From Hypanus sabinus (Eukaryota), in NCBI RefSeq assembly GCF_030144855.1, contig NC_082714.1, positions 48,546,001 to 48,610,000 on the forward strand: a stretch of 64,000 nucleotides of DNA, in the 5' to 3' direction. The notes beneath the pieces were generated by a model. The model was given only the letters and a program-made list of their open reading frames with translations. It did not search any database and was not told the DNA's origin. Made by a program: the position numbers and the translations under genes. This document shows positions 13,501 through 28,085 of the stretch, in pieces (position 1 is the stretch's first letter; the number at the start of each line of letters is the position of its first letter).

Positions 13501-14182
13501 ACAATAATGTAAAGATGGCTATAAATGAGGAGGTTACAATGAAGTTTCTTTAAAGAAACACAGCAAAACCTGAGGTGAAAAATAGTTATTGAGAAAAGCT
13601 TCAAATAAATGAATTCTAGTGGAAATCCAAAAGGGCAGGAGAAGACCCAAAGGTGATGGAAAGTGGTCATCAGACTATGAATGTTATTGTTAATTTATGA
13701 TCACTTACAGTTATTTAGAATTCAGTTTGTTAAAATATTTGAAAGAGCTTATCTTGATCATCAGAAATTCAGAGATTGGGAGTGTAGAATATCTAAAGAC
13801 CTCAGCTTTTTGGTGTGCCTGTATATCTGCAAGTTTGAGAAGTGTGGAGCAAAGGATAATTACACTTATTTTTCTAAAACCACGCTTTTTCAAGATAAAG
13901 AACTTGGCTTAAGATCACAAGTTATACCATTCTTTCCGTATAGGGCTACCTTCTCCGTATAGGGCTACTGTATTTGGTACAATGATTCAGCAAGTTGTAG
14001 CTGAAGATTTGTTGATGAGTCATTGAAACTTTATCGGCTTTGAAGTGATGAATATACACAATAGACCATTTCCAGAACACACAACTGCACGAGTATTTCA
14101 AGTCCATGATTGGGTACATCTCAGTTATCAACCATATTCACATTGGTCCAGCCTTGAGTCAGTTGAGCTCCATGTTGCAATA

Positions 14183-17100
14183 TTTTTTTAAAACTTTTTT
14201 ATTTTTATTGAACACAAACAAAAACAGAAACACTGAACATATGCTTACAAAGCCAGGAAATCACACATAAGCAGCAACAAATATATAACTATTAACTTTA
14301 AATATACAAATAAACAAGAAAATCCACTCTAAGTACTGTTGGACAGAAGGAACTATATCTAAAAGGAGTCACAAAACAGAAACGTTTACAGGAATAACCT
14401 GAAACATTGACAGATTTGTACAGTCTTTACAGCTTTCTGGTTATGGGAAGTTTTCAGGGTATTAATGTATAGTTTGAAGTCTGACTTAAAAAATATAAAT
14501 GAATGTTTCTTATTGCAGTGTTTGCATTTATGGATATAAAATTTGCTGTAAATTATCAAAAGATTTATGATAAAGAAATGATCCCTATGACATTTGGTAT
14601 TATTAGTAAACCCAAATAAGACATTTTCAAAAGAAAAAGTAAAATCCGCATTAATATATTGATCTATAAATTGCCAAACATCAACCCAAAATGTTTTAAC
14701 ATATTCACAATCCCAAAACAGATGAAATAAATCCTCTGGATATAAACCGCAAAAAGAACAGTTAGTTTCAATATCAGAATTAAACCTTGTCAAATAGACA
14801 TTGGTTGGATAATATCTATGTATAATTTTAAATGACATTTCTTTAATTTTATTCCTCAATATTTATTAAATAAGCCTCAAATACCCTTCCACCTCAGATT
14901 CCCCAAGCGACTATTCCAAAAACTAATAGCCGTAGGAATAGAAGTAATATCTTTTTGAAACAAACTTCTGATACCTTTATTATTTTCTTTAAAAGATGGA
15001 GCAGAACAAATTTTTCCTACAGCTGTACTGGATGGATCCAAGATGGGTAATTCAACTAGTAAATATGATGTATTTCTAAACAACATAATTACACCAGAGG
15101 GAATTGCATCCATGACAACAGCAAATTCTTTTGGAGTCACAAGAAATTGAAGGGTGGATAAAAATTCAGTATAACTCAATAAGTACCGCTTGAATTAAAT
15201 AACTGTTTAACTAACAAAATATTACTATCAAACCAATTTTTATATAAAATGAAGATTTATTCTTATAAGTTATGTTGTGGTTATTTCAGATAAAGTAACT
15301 ATGTGGAGAAAAATTGTGTTTGTAAATCAAAGACTAAGATAAAAGCATCTGTTTATGAAACTGAGATAAATGGAGAGGAACTTTGTCTATTTTGTAATTA
15401 CTTAAAAGAAAAAAATTTCAATCCACCAACCTGGGAAAAGACAAAAGAAGGAACACAATTCCATATAGAAATAGGATTACATAAAAATTGTTTAATCCAA
15501 TTAATTTAAAAGGTATTATTAACACTGTCAAAATCAAGAAAATTTAGACCCCCCCCCATCATAACTATTCATGACAGCAGATTTTTTTATATAATGAACT
15601 TTGTTTTTCCATAAAAAGTTAAACAACATGGTGTCTATCAATTTATGGATTTTTTAAAAATCGATGTACAAGAGGAGAGCTATATATACAATCCTGGAAA
15701 GACCTTCTGCTTTACAAAGCAAAACCCAGCCTTTCAAAGATAAGTCCCTTTGAAGCCGCTGGTTTAATCTTCCTTTGGCTTTGTCTATAAGAGGTTGAAA
15801 ATTATCCACACACCTTAAGTATTCGTTTTTAACAATAGTTATCCCCAAATATGTAACTTTGTCTTTTACTATTAATTATAGATTGAGTGCAACCTTTAAG
15901 AGGAAACAATTCACATTTATGAATATTTAGACAGAGGCCTGAGGCTTTGAAAAAAACAGAAATACAGTTTAAAGCCAATGAGATTTCCGAAACATCATTT
16001 AAGAAAAGAGTCGTATCATCTGCAACCTGACTAATCAGATAATTGGAATTTGCACAGGAAATGCCTTTTGGAGAACTAGACTTGATGGAATAGGTGAGCA
16101 GCTGAGCACATAAAGGGATAAATAAGGAGAGATAGGACAACCTTGTCTCACCCCCCCCATTCACATCAAACCTTGGTGCAGTCCCCAACTTCAACTTTGT
16201 GGAACTATTAGCGTTTGTGTACAAAGCCTTAACAGCCATACAAAATTTACCAAGAGCAGAGATGATAAACTGATGCTCAATAGTATCAAAAGCTTTGTAG
16301 AAATCTAAAAATAGTATAAGACTATCTTTTTGAACAAGATGAGGATAATCAATAAGATCTAAAACTAATCTGACATTATTAGAGATATGATGACTGTGTT
16401 GCCTTTATGGCAGTTATTTAGTTTATAATATTTTCACTTAGTAATTCATTTGTTAGCATTTTCTAGTTAAAGTTAGGATTGTTTAAAGTAAATTCGTTGT
16501 CTGTGATATATCGCGGCATGCGATGACGTCACATCCGATTTCGCCGCGTCCTGTGGGAAAATACCGGTTTGGAGAAATGGGAAGGTGGGGCTGATATGTG
16601 CGAGTCCAGAGCAAGAAAAGTTGTCTTTCTACGCACTAGAAACATAGTGGAAGCAACGCCGTAAGTCATGAGATAATAAATATGTTGAATTAAAATGTTA
16701 ACGCTGACTCTTTTAAAAGTAACAACGGTCGATAAGGTTTATGTTTTTGTTAGTTAAAGAGTTGCGGATAGTTTGTGTTGAAGTGTATTTAAAGCAGTCA
16801 ATGGCGTAGGTAGATTCTGACTGTATGCTGCACTTTAATGTGATGTAGTTGTAGTTTTACTTTTGCAAGTATTTACGATGTAAATGTAATATCAAGAAGG
16901 AAACAAATGCTGTACAAATCTTGTATTGTTTTATCAACAGTTTTCACCATACGTTAATGAGGAAGAGCGAACAGTAAATGGTTAATCTTACTGTGACCCT
17001 GTTTTCATTGACCACGGTTTATCTCGGTGTTTAGTTCGGCGTTCCATTACACCTGAGCGAGAACACTACAGTGAAAAGGCGGCATTATCAGGTGTTTCAA

Positions 17101-20100
17101 TTGCTACAATGACAACTCAATCCAACATCAAGTCGTTGCCATCCAGCGACAGGGGTAGTAGGGCATCATCAAGTAAGGCCGCCCACGCAAGAGCTAAAGC
17201 AGAATTCGCCAAGGTGCGAGTGCGCTACGCCAAACGAGAAGCAAAATTGAAAATGGAAGTGGCCGCCAGACAAGCCGAAAACCAGAAAGAAGCGGCTGCC
17301 AGAGAAGCCGAAAACCAGTTGGAAAGGGCAAGGATAGCGGCAGAGTTAGAAGTGCTGATGCTGGAACGAGAACAAGAAGCTGCCAGGGTGGAAGCAGAGT
17401 TAATAGAAGATGCTGAAGAAATGCACGATCTGGTTGACGTAAAATCTACTTCAGAAAAGACCAGACTGGAATGCACAAGTGACTATGTCCAATCTCAAAT
17501 AGATCTGAAGATTCGTTCTTCCTCTCCATACTTATTCGATAACGCCCCACTTCATGAGGAGTCTCAGAGAGGCCCAATTGCATCACATCCATCCGAGGAA
17601 GACAATTTACCCTTGCAACTCCGTGATGAATTCAAGAATGAAAGGGCTGATGACAAAGACTTCTCGACACCAAACTTACCAGATTTGGCGAGAAGAGAGG
17701 CAAAGGCTGAATTCAGAACTGCAAAGTCCATAACAGAGGTACGCCCTTGGTCATATACCCGCCGACATATTTCCCCAGCCCGCATGCCACTTGCAGTTGA
17801 ACCCATGGCACAGTATTTAGCATGATGAGATCTCGTCACTTCAGGACTGTACCAGTTCGACGATAAACCTGAAAATTACCGTGCATGGTACTCCACATTC
17901 ACCAACGCTATCAATGGAATCCAGCTCAAAGCAACCCAAGAGTTGGATCTTATGGTGAAATGGCTGGGAAAAGAATCATGTGAACAGCTGAGATGCATAC
18001 GTTCAGTGTACATCAACAAACCCGAGTTAGCCTTAAGCAAAGCATGGGAGAGACTTCGGGAGAGCTATGCGCCCCCCGAAATTATTGAAGTGGCGCTATA
18101 CTGACGTCTGAAAAATTTTCCTAACGTGTTAGCCAAGGACCACATTATGTTAAGGGAGCTCGGAGATTTACTCATGGAGATTCAAGGCGCCAAAGAAGAT
18201 GGCTACTCAACTGGTCTAGTATACCTAGATACTCCATCCGGGATTAGACAAATCGTGGACAAACTTCCATTTGGGCTGCAGGACAGGTGGGTGTCTGTTG
18301 CCTCAGAGTACAAAGAAAACCACAATGGTTGATTTCCTTGCTTTGAGTATTTCACTAGGTTTGTGTGCAAGGAAGCGAAGAAGTGAAACGACCCTAGCCT
18401 CATGAGTCCAGGAAGCAGTACAATTTACACCAAGCCAGATAAATCCTCTTCAAATAATTTCAACATTAATAAACCCGTCTCAGTGCTTAAGACTGAAGTC
18501 TTTACACCTAACCACGACCCTAGCAAGAATTGTCCATTGCAGAACAAACCCCACCCCCTCAGAAAATGTAGAATGTTTAGGGAAAAACCCCTTGAAGAGA
18601 GGATGGCCCTTCTCAAGGAGAAAAGAATATGTTTTAAATGCTGTTCCTCGACCTCTCACCTTGCTAGAGAGTGTACGATCGCCGCGAAGTGTCCGGAATG
18701 TGATAGCACTAATCACGATGGGGCCATGTATCCCGGCCCATTACCACAAACCGACAAAGCTCCTTCACCCCCACAACAGGATGGCGGGGAGGGAGAGGGT
18801 CATTCCAGGACAACTGTTGTCCGCTCAAGCTGTACAGAAGTTTGCGGTCAAGCTCAGTCAAGCCATTCTTGTTCAAAGATCTGCCTCACTAAAGTGTACC
18901 CTAAGGGAGCCAAAGATAAGGCCATCAAAGCCTATGTGATTCTGGATGATCAGAGCAATCGCTCACTAGTCAGTCCAGAGTTCTTTAACTTGTTCAACAC
19001 CGAGAGTGAGCAGCTCCCATACTACCTTAGAACTTGCTCAGGCAACGTGGAAACTCATGGAAGGAAGGCAGAAGGCTTCCAGCTCGAGTCCCTGGATGGT
19101 AAAGTCGTCATCTGTCTCCCCCAACTCTTAGAGTGCAATGAGATTTTGAATAACCGCAAGTGCAAGTGCAGAGCTACACCAGCCACATCTCCACCACATC
19201 GCCAAACACATCCCAGAACTGGATCCAACAGCAGAAATACTCCTGCTATTAGGAAGAGATGTTCTTCAGGTGCACAAGGTTAGGCAGCAGGTCAATGGAC
19301 CACACGACGCCCCCTTTGTGCAACGCCTGGATCTGGGCTGGGTGGTGATAGGAGAGGTGTGCCTTGGCAACGCACACAAACCGACGGTTAGCACACTGAA
19401 GACCAATGTGCTAGAGAGTGGCCGCCATTCAATTTTTCAACCCTGTCAAGAACACTACAATGACCCTTCATGAAACCTGACTGTTTCATCAATAATAAAT
19501 GGTAAAACTACTTCCATTCTGTTAGCAAACATTTGGACCAGAATTTTATAATCACTATTGAGAAGGCAAATAGGACACCAATTATTAATAAATAATTCAT
19601 CTTTTTTTGGTTTAGGAATTAAAGTAATAAGGCCCTGTTTTAAAGTGGGAAGAAATTCTTTATCAATACATTCTAAAAACAACTTTAGTAAAAAGGGAGC
19701 TAGGATGTCAGAAAACATCTTATAAAATTCTGCAGTCAGACTGTCCACACCCGGCAAGTTATTATTTTTAAAATTTGAAATGGCAGCCTTAACCTCTCCC
19801 AAGGTAATAGGAGCAACACACAGGTCTTTCTGATCATTGGACAGGCTCCTAAGAATATTATTAACATTCATGAAATGTAGTGCAGATGCTTCACAATATA
19901 TTGAGCTATACAGTTTACTATAAAAAGCAGAACAATATTTTGTTATTTTTTTGGAGTCCTCTGTAATCACACCATCAATATTAAGCTGATGAATGGAACT
20001 GAATTGGGCATGTTGCTTTTCTAAACAAAAGAAATAAGCTGCACTCTGTTCACCCTCTTCCAACCACTGTTTTCTAGATCTCACATATGCAGCTTCTGCC

Positions 20101-20778
20101 TTTATAAGATAAAGATGGTTTAACTTATCCTTTAACGAAGCCAGCTCCTCTTTATCTTTCCCTGAAAGGTTATCTGGAAACAATTCACATAAACTTGCAA
20201 TTTTTGAGATCGGTGATTGTTCTTCCAATTTTCTTTTCTTTACTAAATCACTACTGTATTTCTTAAAGAATTTGGCAGATACAAATTTTAGAAGTTCCCA
20301 ATTTGTAGAGAAATTATTGTCTATCATCACTTTACATAAAAAAGTAGGTTGCCAGCTTTTTAATGCGCAAAGAGACAACTTCATGCCCCAAAATGGAATT
20401 ATTTAATTTCCAATAAGATTTAAAATTGAATTCAGCTGAAGATAATGCAACTTGTATATGGATAGCTTTATGATCTGTTAAAGGTGAGGGAAAAAAATTA
20501 AAAGTGACATTATTATTTCTTAAGGTATCGGATAGTAACCAGTATTCTAGCCTAGACATGCATGTAATAGATTCATTAGTCCAGGTATAATTTCTAACTC
20601 CAGGAAAGTGCTCTCTCCAAATATCTATGATATTAAACTTCAGAATAAAGCTAGTAAAATTATTATAAGTAGAGTGTTGCCTTGGTGGCCATCGATCAAT
20701 ATTTTCATCTAATACCATATTAAAGTCTCCTCCCATAACAATAACTAGATCAGGAAATTTAGAGAGCCAATAATCAAA
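14183..20778 (-). mobile_element. 5'-truncated L1/Tx1-type LINE, split by a BEL/Pao insertion
   Basis: ORF2 pieces: GGDFN...TDH (APE), PGVDSLTAEFYK and PICLLNSDYKIL (RT start), QVADDTTLFL, and CSFC..HLFWDC; T-rich tail at 14183-14210. Absent at the paralogous site near 53315. Confidence 0.92.
16395..19459 (+). mobile_element. Internally deleted BEL/Pao LTR retrotransposon
   Basis: 5' LTR TG...CA at 16395-17070. Gag from 17109 has stops and three Cys/His knuckles (CPL..KPH...C, CFKCC....H...C, CPEC...H), followed by the protease motif YVILDDQSNRSL. Ends with the last 11 bp of the LTR (AGAACACTACA). 5-bp TSD ATGAC at 16390-16394 and 19460-19464. Confidence 0.9.
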
Positions 20779-23161
20779 ACTGAATTTCACAGCAGATTCT
20801 AATGAGAGAACTCAGGAAATGTTATTTTGCAAGTTTGTTACCAATATATGTTTAGTTTTAAGTGAGGCCCTCCATGAAGAATAAAGCAAATATAATTGAA
20901 TTTGAGGCTTGATGATTTCTTAATGGTGTAGGTGATGGAGTAATCTTCAGTCTCTACATGGACTGGTGAGAGATCCAAAGCAGAGAAGAGCAATGGTATA
21001 GTTAGGGTTGGGGGTAGGCAAGAAGATGTTAATGGTGGGGAAGAATCAAGTATTGAGCATGATTGAGCAGAATGGACAGTGGAGGGCTAGAAGGCATACA
21101 TCAGCTCTATGGGTAAACACGACACAGAAGATGAAATCAGCAGCTGATTGATTGAGGCAGAGATGGTGTTGTTTGGAAATGAGCATCTAATGGTCACAGG
21201 ATGGATGGGAAGGTGATCTCAAAACTAAATCAGACACCAAGGATGTTGAGTTTTAGACAGTTGCCAGCAGGAGGGGTGGAGTGAGATACTGGAGAATACT
21301 GTGACAAAGGTCAGAGAAATATCTTCCATCTTCTCAATGTTTCAACTTGTTAGGATGTGCCTTTTTTTATTTTAGTCAACTAAGGAGGGTTTCACCCAGA
21401 CTCACACAGTGAGCAAAAAAATTGTTCCATCATTGGTAATTAGATCCAGTAACAAATTGATCCTCTGATAATTTAGTAGTCTTAAATTTAGTGATAATTT
21501 AGGGGAAACAATGTTGCTCTTGCCTTGAATATATAATCCAATTGATTAATTTTGCTGCCCCAGCAAGGTTAACTTTATGTACACCTGATAGTAAAATTAA
21601 TAAAAAATCAAAACAAATGCCTAATATTGAATGACAAAATATTAAAAACAATGAAATTGTACCAAACTACCAATAAATATTTGAAGGAAATTTCTACTAA
21701 TTTGATTGTAGAAATTCAACAAGACATCTCACAACTGACAGGCAATGGAGGATTCCTGAGAAATGGCAGTGAGCTGCAGGGTTAGTGTTGCTGGGGAAAC
21801 TGACAGTGTGTTCCAGAAAAGGCTGAATGTTGGATTATCCAGTTAATGCGTTTTGCAGGAGTTCTGTCTACCAGCTGATAGGGGGTAGTAAAGTATAAAC
21901 TGGATTCAGAGAAAGTTGCAATTATGTTAATTAGCTTTAAATAGGTACATTTCACGTCAGAGAATATACATCCTGAAATTCTTTTTCTTCACAAACATCC
22001 ATGATAACAGAGGAGTGCCCCAAAGAATGAATGACAGTTAAGTGATAGAACTGCATAGCCCTCCCCAACTCCCCCTCCCTCACATAAGCAGCAGCAAAGC
22101 AACAACCAACTCTCCCCCACCAGCAAAAAAGCATCGGTACCCCCCAGCAAGCTTCCAAGCCTGCAGCAAAGCATCAGTAAAGACACAGACTTGCAGTACC
22201 CCAAAGACTACTCATTCACCCCATATTGGACTTACCACAGGCTCTCTCTCCCTAATAAAGGGAAAAGTGGCATCCTCATTTCACAGCGAGAGAGGAGACA
22301 TAACAAAACAACTCGTTGACTTATGGTGTTAAAAGTCACTTTGAGTCACTTTTTCTGAGCTCTGTGCCCAAAGAACTTGCTTCCCTTGGCAGAGAGCCAG
22401 CAGCCAGCTCTTTGCTTTTGATCTTCCATGTACTCCCATAGCATATCAGGTGGCAGCGCTGGCCCCGAATCAGCCCATCTCCAGAACCATGAAAACCCAT
22501 CACCCTGAAGTCATGCTAGTCTTCCAGGCTGTGTCTTTGGCATATCGAAAATCCAGGTTGTGAGGCCCTGAGAGCGGGTTCCACTTCTGCAAAGAACCGA
22601 AGCCAGCATGCAACTCCAGGTAAGGGTCTTCAAAAGAACCTTAAAAGGGAAAAAGAAGGTATCGAGGATAGAAATTTAGCTTTTTCCAAAGATGCAAGCA
22701 AAGGAGTCAGTTTTAGATGCAATCATCCTCCTAAGCTCTACCTACTTCTTTGTTTTTATATCTTAACGTTGACCTAACTCTCTGTTACCTGTTGGAGGAC
22801 AGGTGGAGGTAATTTGAAGAAAACATTTCCATGAATTACCATTCCTACTGACCTTCCCATCTCAGTGGCAGTTCTGTCCTCAGCAATTGCCTTAACTTTG
22901 TCCACCGTCGACCACACCTCAGTCAATTTTGCACTGACCACAACACCGAAGACTGGTTAATTGGTTCATTAATTATGTTTGAGCCGAGTGTTAGTCTCAT
23001 ACAAAATTCAATTATCAAAGTACATTTATTATCAACGTACGTATACTCTCAGTGGGCACTTTATAAGGTACTTCCTGTATTTTTTAAAGCGGCCATGAAA
23101 TATGGTTGTGATCTTCTGCTGCCGTTGTCCATTTACTTCAAGGTTTGATGAATTGTGCGTG

Positions 23162-23680
23162 AATAGACCTCTCTATGTTCAGGAGGCAGTAATAGACTTC
23201 TGTACTGTAGCTAGTCAGTAATAGACCCCTCTAAATGCCACTAGGCAGTAGTAGACCTCTCTACTGTCACTAGTCAGTAATAGACCTCTCTAGTATACCT
23301 AGGCAGTAATAAATCCACCAACTGTAGCTAGACAGTAATAGATCCTTCTACTGTAGCAAGGCAGAAATAGACCTCTCTATGGTAGCTAGGCAGTAAAAGA
23401 GATCTCTACTGTCGCTATGTCATAATAGAGCTCTTTACTGTACCTAGGCAGTAATAGACTTCTCTATTGTAGTTAGACCTCTCTACTGTAGCTAGGCAGT
23501 AAAAGAGATGTCTATTGTTGCTAGATCATAATAGATCTCTTTACTGTACCTAGGCAGGAAAAGACCTCTCAGCTGTAACTAGGCAGTAGTAGAGATCTTT
23601 GCTGTATGTAGGCAGTAATAGACCTTTCTACTGTAAGTGTACTGTTATACACCTCTATTATAGCTAAGCACTAATAGACA
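23162..23680 (+). repeat. Degenerate 29-bp minisatellite (about 17 copies)
   Basis: Consensus close to AGGCAGTAATAGACCTCTCTACTGTAGCT, followed by a (GAAA)n run. Confidence 0.9.
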
Positions 23681-23999
23681 AAGAAAGAAAGAAAGAAAGT
23701 GACCAAAATCTCACCTTAGCATTTGTCTCTTCTTACCGAAGCCTCTAGAGCCAAAGCCCCAAGCTCCCTATACTATCACTGGCCCACTCACAGAACAGTT
23801 TCTCCAACAATGACTGCTCCACTAAACCTCACACCTTGTTATAGTGCTCTGTCAAGAAACTAATACACAGCCTCATCATAAGTGTGCCAAAATGTTTCAA
23901 AGGTCCCACTCTCATTTTAATTCTCACACTCAGTTCACTCACTTCAAAACAAGAGTCTGCTTGTGATATGTACCATGAACTAGTATAAATATGATGATT

Positions 24000-25285
24000 C
24001 AAATAGACAATAGACAATTGACAGTAGGTGTAGGAGTAGGCCATTTAGCCCTTCTAGCCAGCACTGCCATTCACTATGATCATGGCTGATCAGTACCCGG
24101 TTCCTGCCCTCTCCCCATATCCCTTGACCCCACTATCTATAAGAGCTCTATCTAACTCTCTCTTGAATGCATCCAGAGACTTGGCCTCCACTGCCTTCTG
24201 GGGCAGAGCATTCCACATATCCACCACTCTTTGGGTGAAAACGTTTTTCCGCATCTCTGTTCTAAATGGCCTACCCCTTATTCTTAAACTGTGGCCTCTA
24301 GTTCTGGACTCACCCATCAGCGGGAACATGCTTCCTGCCTCCAGCATGTCCAATCCCTTAATAATCTTATATGTTTCAATCAGATCCCTTCTCATCCTTC
24401 TAAATTCCAGTGTATACAAGCCCAGTCGCTCCAATCTTTCAACATATGACAGTCCCGCCATTCTGGGAATTAACCTTGTGAAACTACGCTGCACTCCCTC
24501 ATTAGCAAGAACGTCCTTCCTCAAATTTGGAGACCAAAACTGCACACAATACTCCAGGTGGGGTCTCACCAGGGCCCTGTACAGCTGCAGAAGGACCTCT
24601 TTACTCCTATACTCAATTCCTATACTCAATTCCTCTTGTTATAAAGGGCAGCATGCCATTAGCTTTCTTCACTGCCTGCTGTACCTGAATGCTTGCTTTC
24701 ATTGACTGATGAACAAGGACACCTAGATCTCATTGTACTTCCCCTTTTCCTAACTTGACTCCATTTAGATAGTAATCTGCCTTCCTGTTCTTGCCACCAA
24801 AGTGGATAACCTCACATTTACCCACATTAAACTGCATCTGCCATACATTTGCCCACTCACCTAACCTGTCCAAGTCACCCTGCATTCTCATAACATCCTC
24901 CTGACATTTCACACTGCCACCCAGCTTTGTGTCATCAGCAAATTTGCTAATGTTACTTTTAATCCCTTCATCTAAATCATTAATGTATATTGTAAACAGC
25001 TGCGGTCCCAGCACCGAACCTTGCGTACCCCACTGGTCACAGCCTGCCATTCCGAAAGGGACCTGTTAATCGCTACTGTTTGTTTCCTGTCAGCCAGCCA
25101 ATCTTCAATCCATGTCAGTACTCTGCCCCTAATACCATGTGCCCGAATTTTGCCCACTAATCTCCTATGTGGGACTTCATCAAAAGCTTTCTGGAAGCCC
25201 AGGTACACTACATCCACTGGCTCTCCCTTGTCCATTTTCATAGTTACATCCTCAAAAAGCTCCAGAAGATTAGTCAAGCATGATT
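24000..25285 (-). mobile_element. Well-preserved 5'-truncated CR1 LINE
   Basis: TNLLELFE, QKAFD.VPH, QGSVLGP, KFADDTK, LVRPHLEYCVQFWSP and FTQRVV..WNALP; short tandem-repeat tail near 24000-24025. Confidence 0.95.
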
Positions 25286-26534
25286 AAAATGGCCTCCTCT
25301 TATGTTGGATTGATATTTGAAAAAAATGGTATATAAGAGGAGCATGATCTTTGTGCTTACCTGCAGAAAATACAGAGAAAGTCAATGGTTCTTATGGGAC
25401 CCTGATTTACAACCAGCTTGATTGTACATTGGACCAGCTGGATCCAAATATTGTTTTTGCCCTGTCGTTTTCATGAGGGAGAACGGCCACCAAACCACAC
25501 TCCCTGATTTACTGCCTCACCACCTTTGCCATCTCCTGTGAAGGTTAACTAAATGGTTTGCAGGTTAGTGAGGTTTGATTATAAGATGGGTAATACTTCA
25601 GTATTGATGAATGGTCTCAGCTCAAAATGTCGACTGTTTACTCTTTTCCATAGATGCTGCCTGGCCTGCAGAGTGTTGTGTGTTGCTTTGGAATTCCAGC
25701 ATCTGGAGATTTTCTTGTGTTTTTGTGATTCTTCTGGAAACATACTTGCTAAAATCTCACAAACATATACTCTAAGTGCATCACATTTAAACAGCTGGGT
25801 GGGTATGTACAATAAGCTGTGACATATGGCTTCAGAATTAGAGTGTATATAAGGGTGTGGCGATACATAAGTTACATAATAGGTTACTGGCAAAGTGTAA
25901 TGGCAGATGCATAATGCAGAGCAGAGTGTAAGGGTAGTGGTGAGGCAGCCGAAAAATAACTTAAAACATTTTCTTAGCATTGCTCCAGTGCCTTTTGGTG
26001 TTGCTTTTGAGTTAAAATTTACCCACCAGAGCTCCACAATGAACTTTACAATTTCCTGGACCTTTTTCCTCTCTCTACACCAAGCATTGTTATCTGCAGC
26101 TCTGCCCCTGTTATGTTACACCATGGGCCCTACCAACCTTCCTACAAGTTTAAAATGACTACTGATAATGGTTAGAGGCCATGACCACTTCCCCATCAAG
26201 ATGAATCGTTGTGACCTTAATCTGAGCCAATGATGCCCACCCAGTGGTATTGCACCCTATGGATATGATCCAATGCAATGCACAGTAGAGTCATTGAGTA
26301 GACACTTCGTTCACAATGATGAGGTGGGTTACAAATCTGAGACACAAGAGATTACAGATGCTAGAATCTGCACCAAAGGATCGAGCTGGAGGTAGAGCTC
26401 AGTGGGTTAAGCAGTGTTTGAAGAGGGAAATGAACAGTCAACATTTTTGTCAAGACCCTTATGAAGAGGTTTTTGGCCAGGGGTTTTGGGCTCAGAAAGG
26501 TTTGGTTTATGAGAGACAGGGTGTCAGCTGCATC

Positions 26535-28085
26535 AGAGTGTTAAGATAAATGATGTATGATGTATGAGTATTACAGTGGAGTAAAGGGAATTACTGAGAC
26601 ATGAGAGAGGAGCTGGCCAGAGTAGATTGGAAGGGGACACTAGCAGGGATGATGGCAGAACAGCAGTGACTGGAGATTGGTGGGGACAATTCCAAAGGCA
26701 CAGGATAGATACATCCCAAGATGAAGAGTATCCTAAAGGGAGGATGATGCAGCCGTGGCTGACAACAGAAGTCAAACTCAGCTGAAGAGGAATAGAGAGT
26801 ACGAATAATATTTCAAAAATTAATGAGAAGTAAGAGTACTGGGAAGCTTTAAAAACCAACGGAAGGCAGCTAAAAAAGTCATAAGTAGAGAAAAGATGAA
26901 ATATGAAGGTAAGCTAACCAATAATATAAAAGGGGTTACCAAAAGGTTTTCTCAAATATATAAAGAGTAAAAGAGAGGTGAGAGCAGATATCAGATTGCT
27001 GGAAAATGGTTCTGGAAAGGTAGTAATAGGGAGCAGAAGAACTGAGTAAGAATTTAATGTCAGGTTTAACTGGAAGATACTAGTAGTATGCCAGAAATGC
27101 ATGTGTCAGGGGGACAAGTGAGTGTAGAAGGTGCTTGGGAATCTGAAATTCCTGAAGGTAAATAGTCACTTAGACCAAATGGACTACCCCATGTTCTCAG
27201 TGAGGTAGCTGAAGAGATTGTGGAGACATTAGTAATGATCATTCATGAATCAAAAGATTTTGGAAGGGTTCTGGAGGACAGGAAAATTGCCAGTGTCACT
27301 GCACTCTTTTAGAAGGGAGGAGGGGGCAAAAGAAAGCAAATTTACAGCCCTGTTATCCTGACCTCAGTGGTGGTGATGATTTTGGAGTCCATTATTAAGG
27401 TTGAGGTTTTGTGGTACTTGGAGGCACATTGTAAAATAAGCCAAAGTCAGCATGGTTTTCTTAAGGGGAAATCTTGCCTGGCAAAGTTGTTGGAATTCTT
27501 TGAGGAAATAATGGGCAATATGGATAAAGGAGAGTCAGTGGATGTTGGTTAATTGGATTTTCAGAAAGGCCTTTGACAAGGTGTCACACATGAGGCTGCT
27601 TTATATCATAAGAGCCCATGGTACTACAGATAAAAATACTACCATTCATAGAAGATTGACTGACTAGCAGGAGGCAAAGAGTAGGAATAAAGGAGGCCTT
27701 TTCTGGGTTGGCTGCTGGTGACTACAGGAAAGATACTGCTATTGATAGAGGATTGATTGACTAACAGGAAGGAAAGAGTGGGAATAAAGAAGGCCTCTTT
27801 TGATTGGTTGCTGGTTACTAATGGTGTTGTGCAGGGGTCGGTGGGGGACAGCTTCTTTTCACATTGTGGATGATATGAATCTAGATGAAGGGGCACGTGG
27901 TGTTGGAGAAGCAATGTGTCTGTAGTTGGACTTATACGTATTGGGAGAATGATCAAAGAAGTGGCAGATGGAATATTGTAGAGTATAGGGAGGTGATTGG
28001 CCATGCACCTTGGTAGAAGGAATAAAAATGTAGACTATTTTCCGTTCAGGGCGAAAATCCAGAATTGCAGAGTGTGCAGAGGGAT
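26535..28085 (+). mobile_element. Old, decayed CR1 LINE fragment
   Basis: SQHGFLKGKSCL..LLEFFE motif; many stops; internal tandem duplication of about 98 bp at 27620-27820. Confidence 0.8.

Noticed and set aside
13946-14131. Small ORF MITEMYPIM... repeated at 53033-53260
   Set aside because: Non-ATG (TTG) start, different C-termini and no domain; similarity is explained by the segmental duplication.
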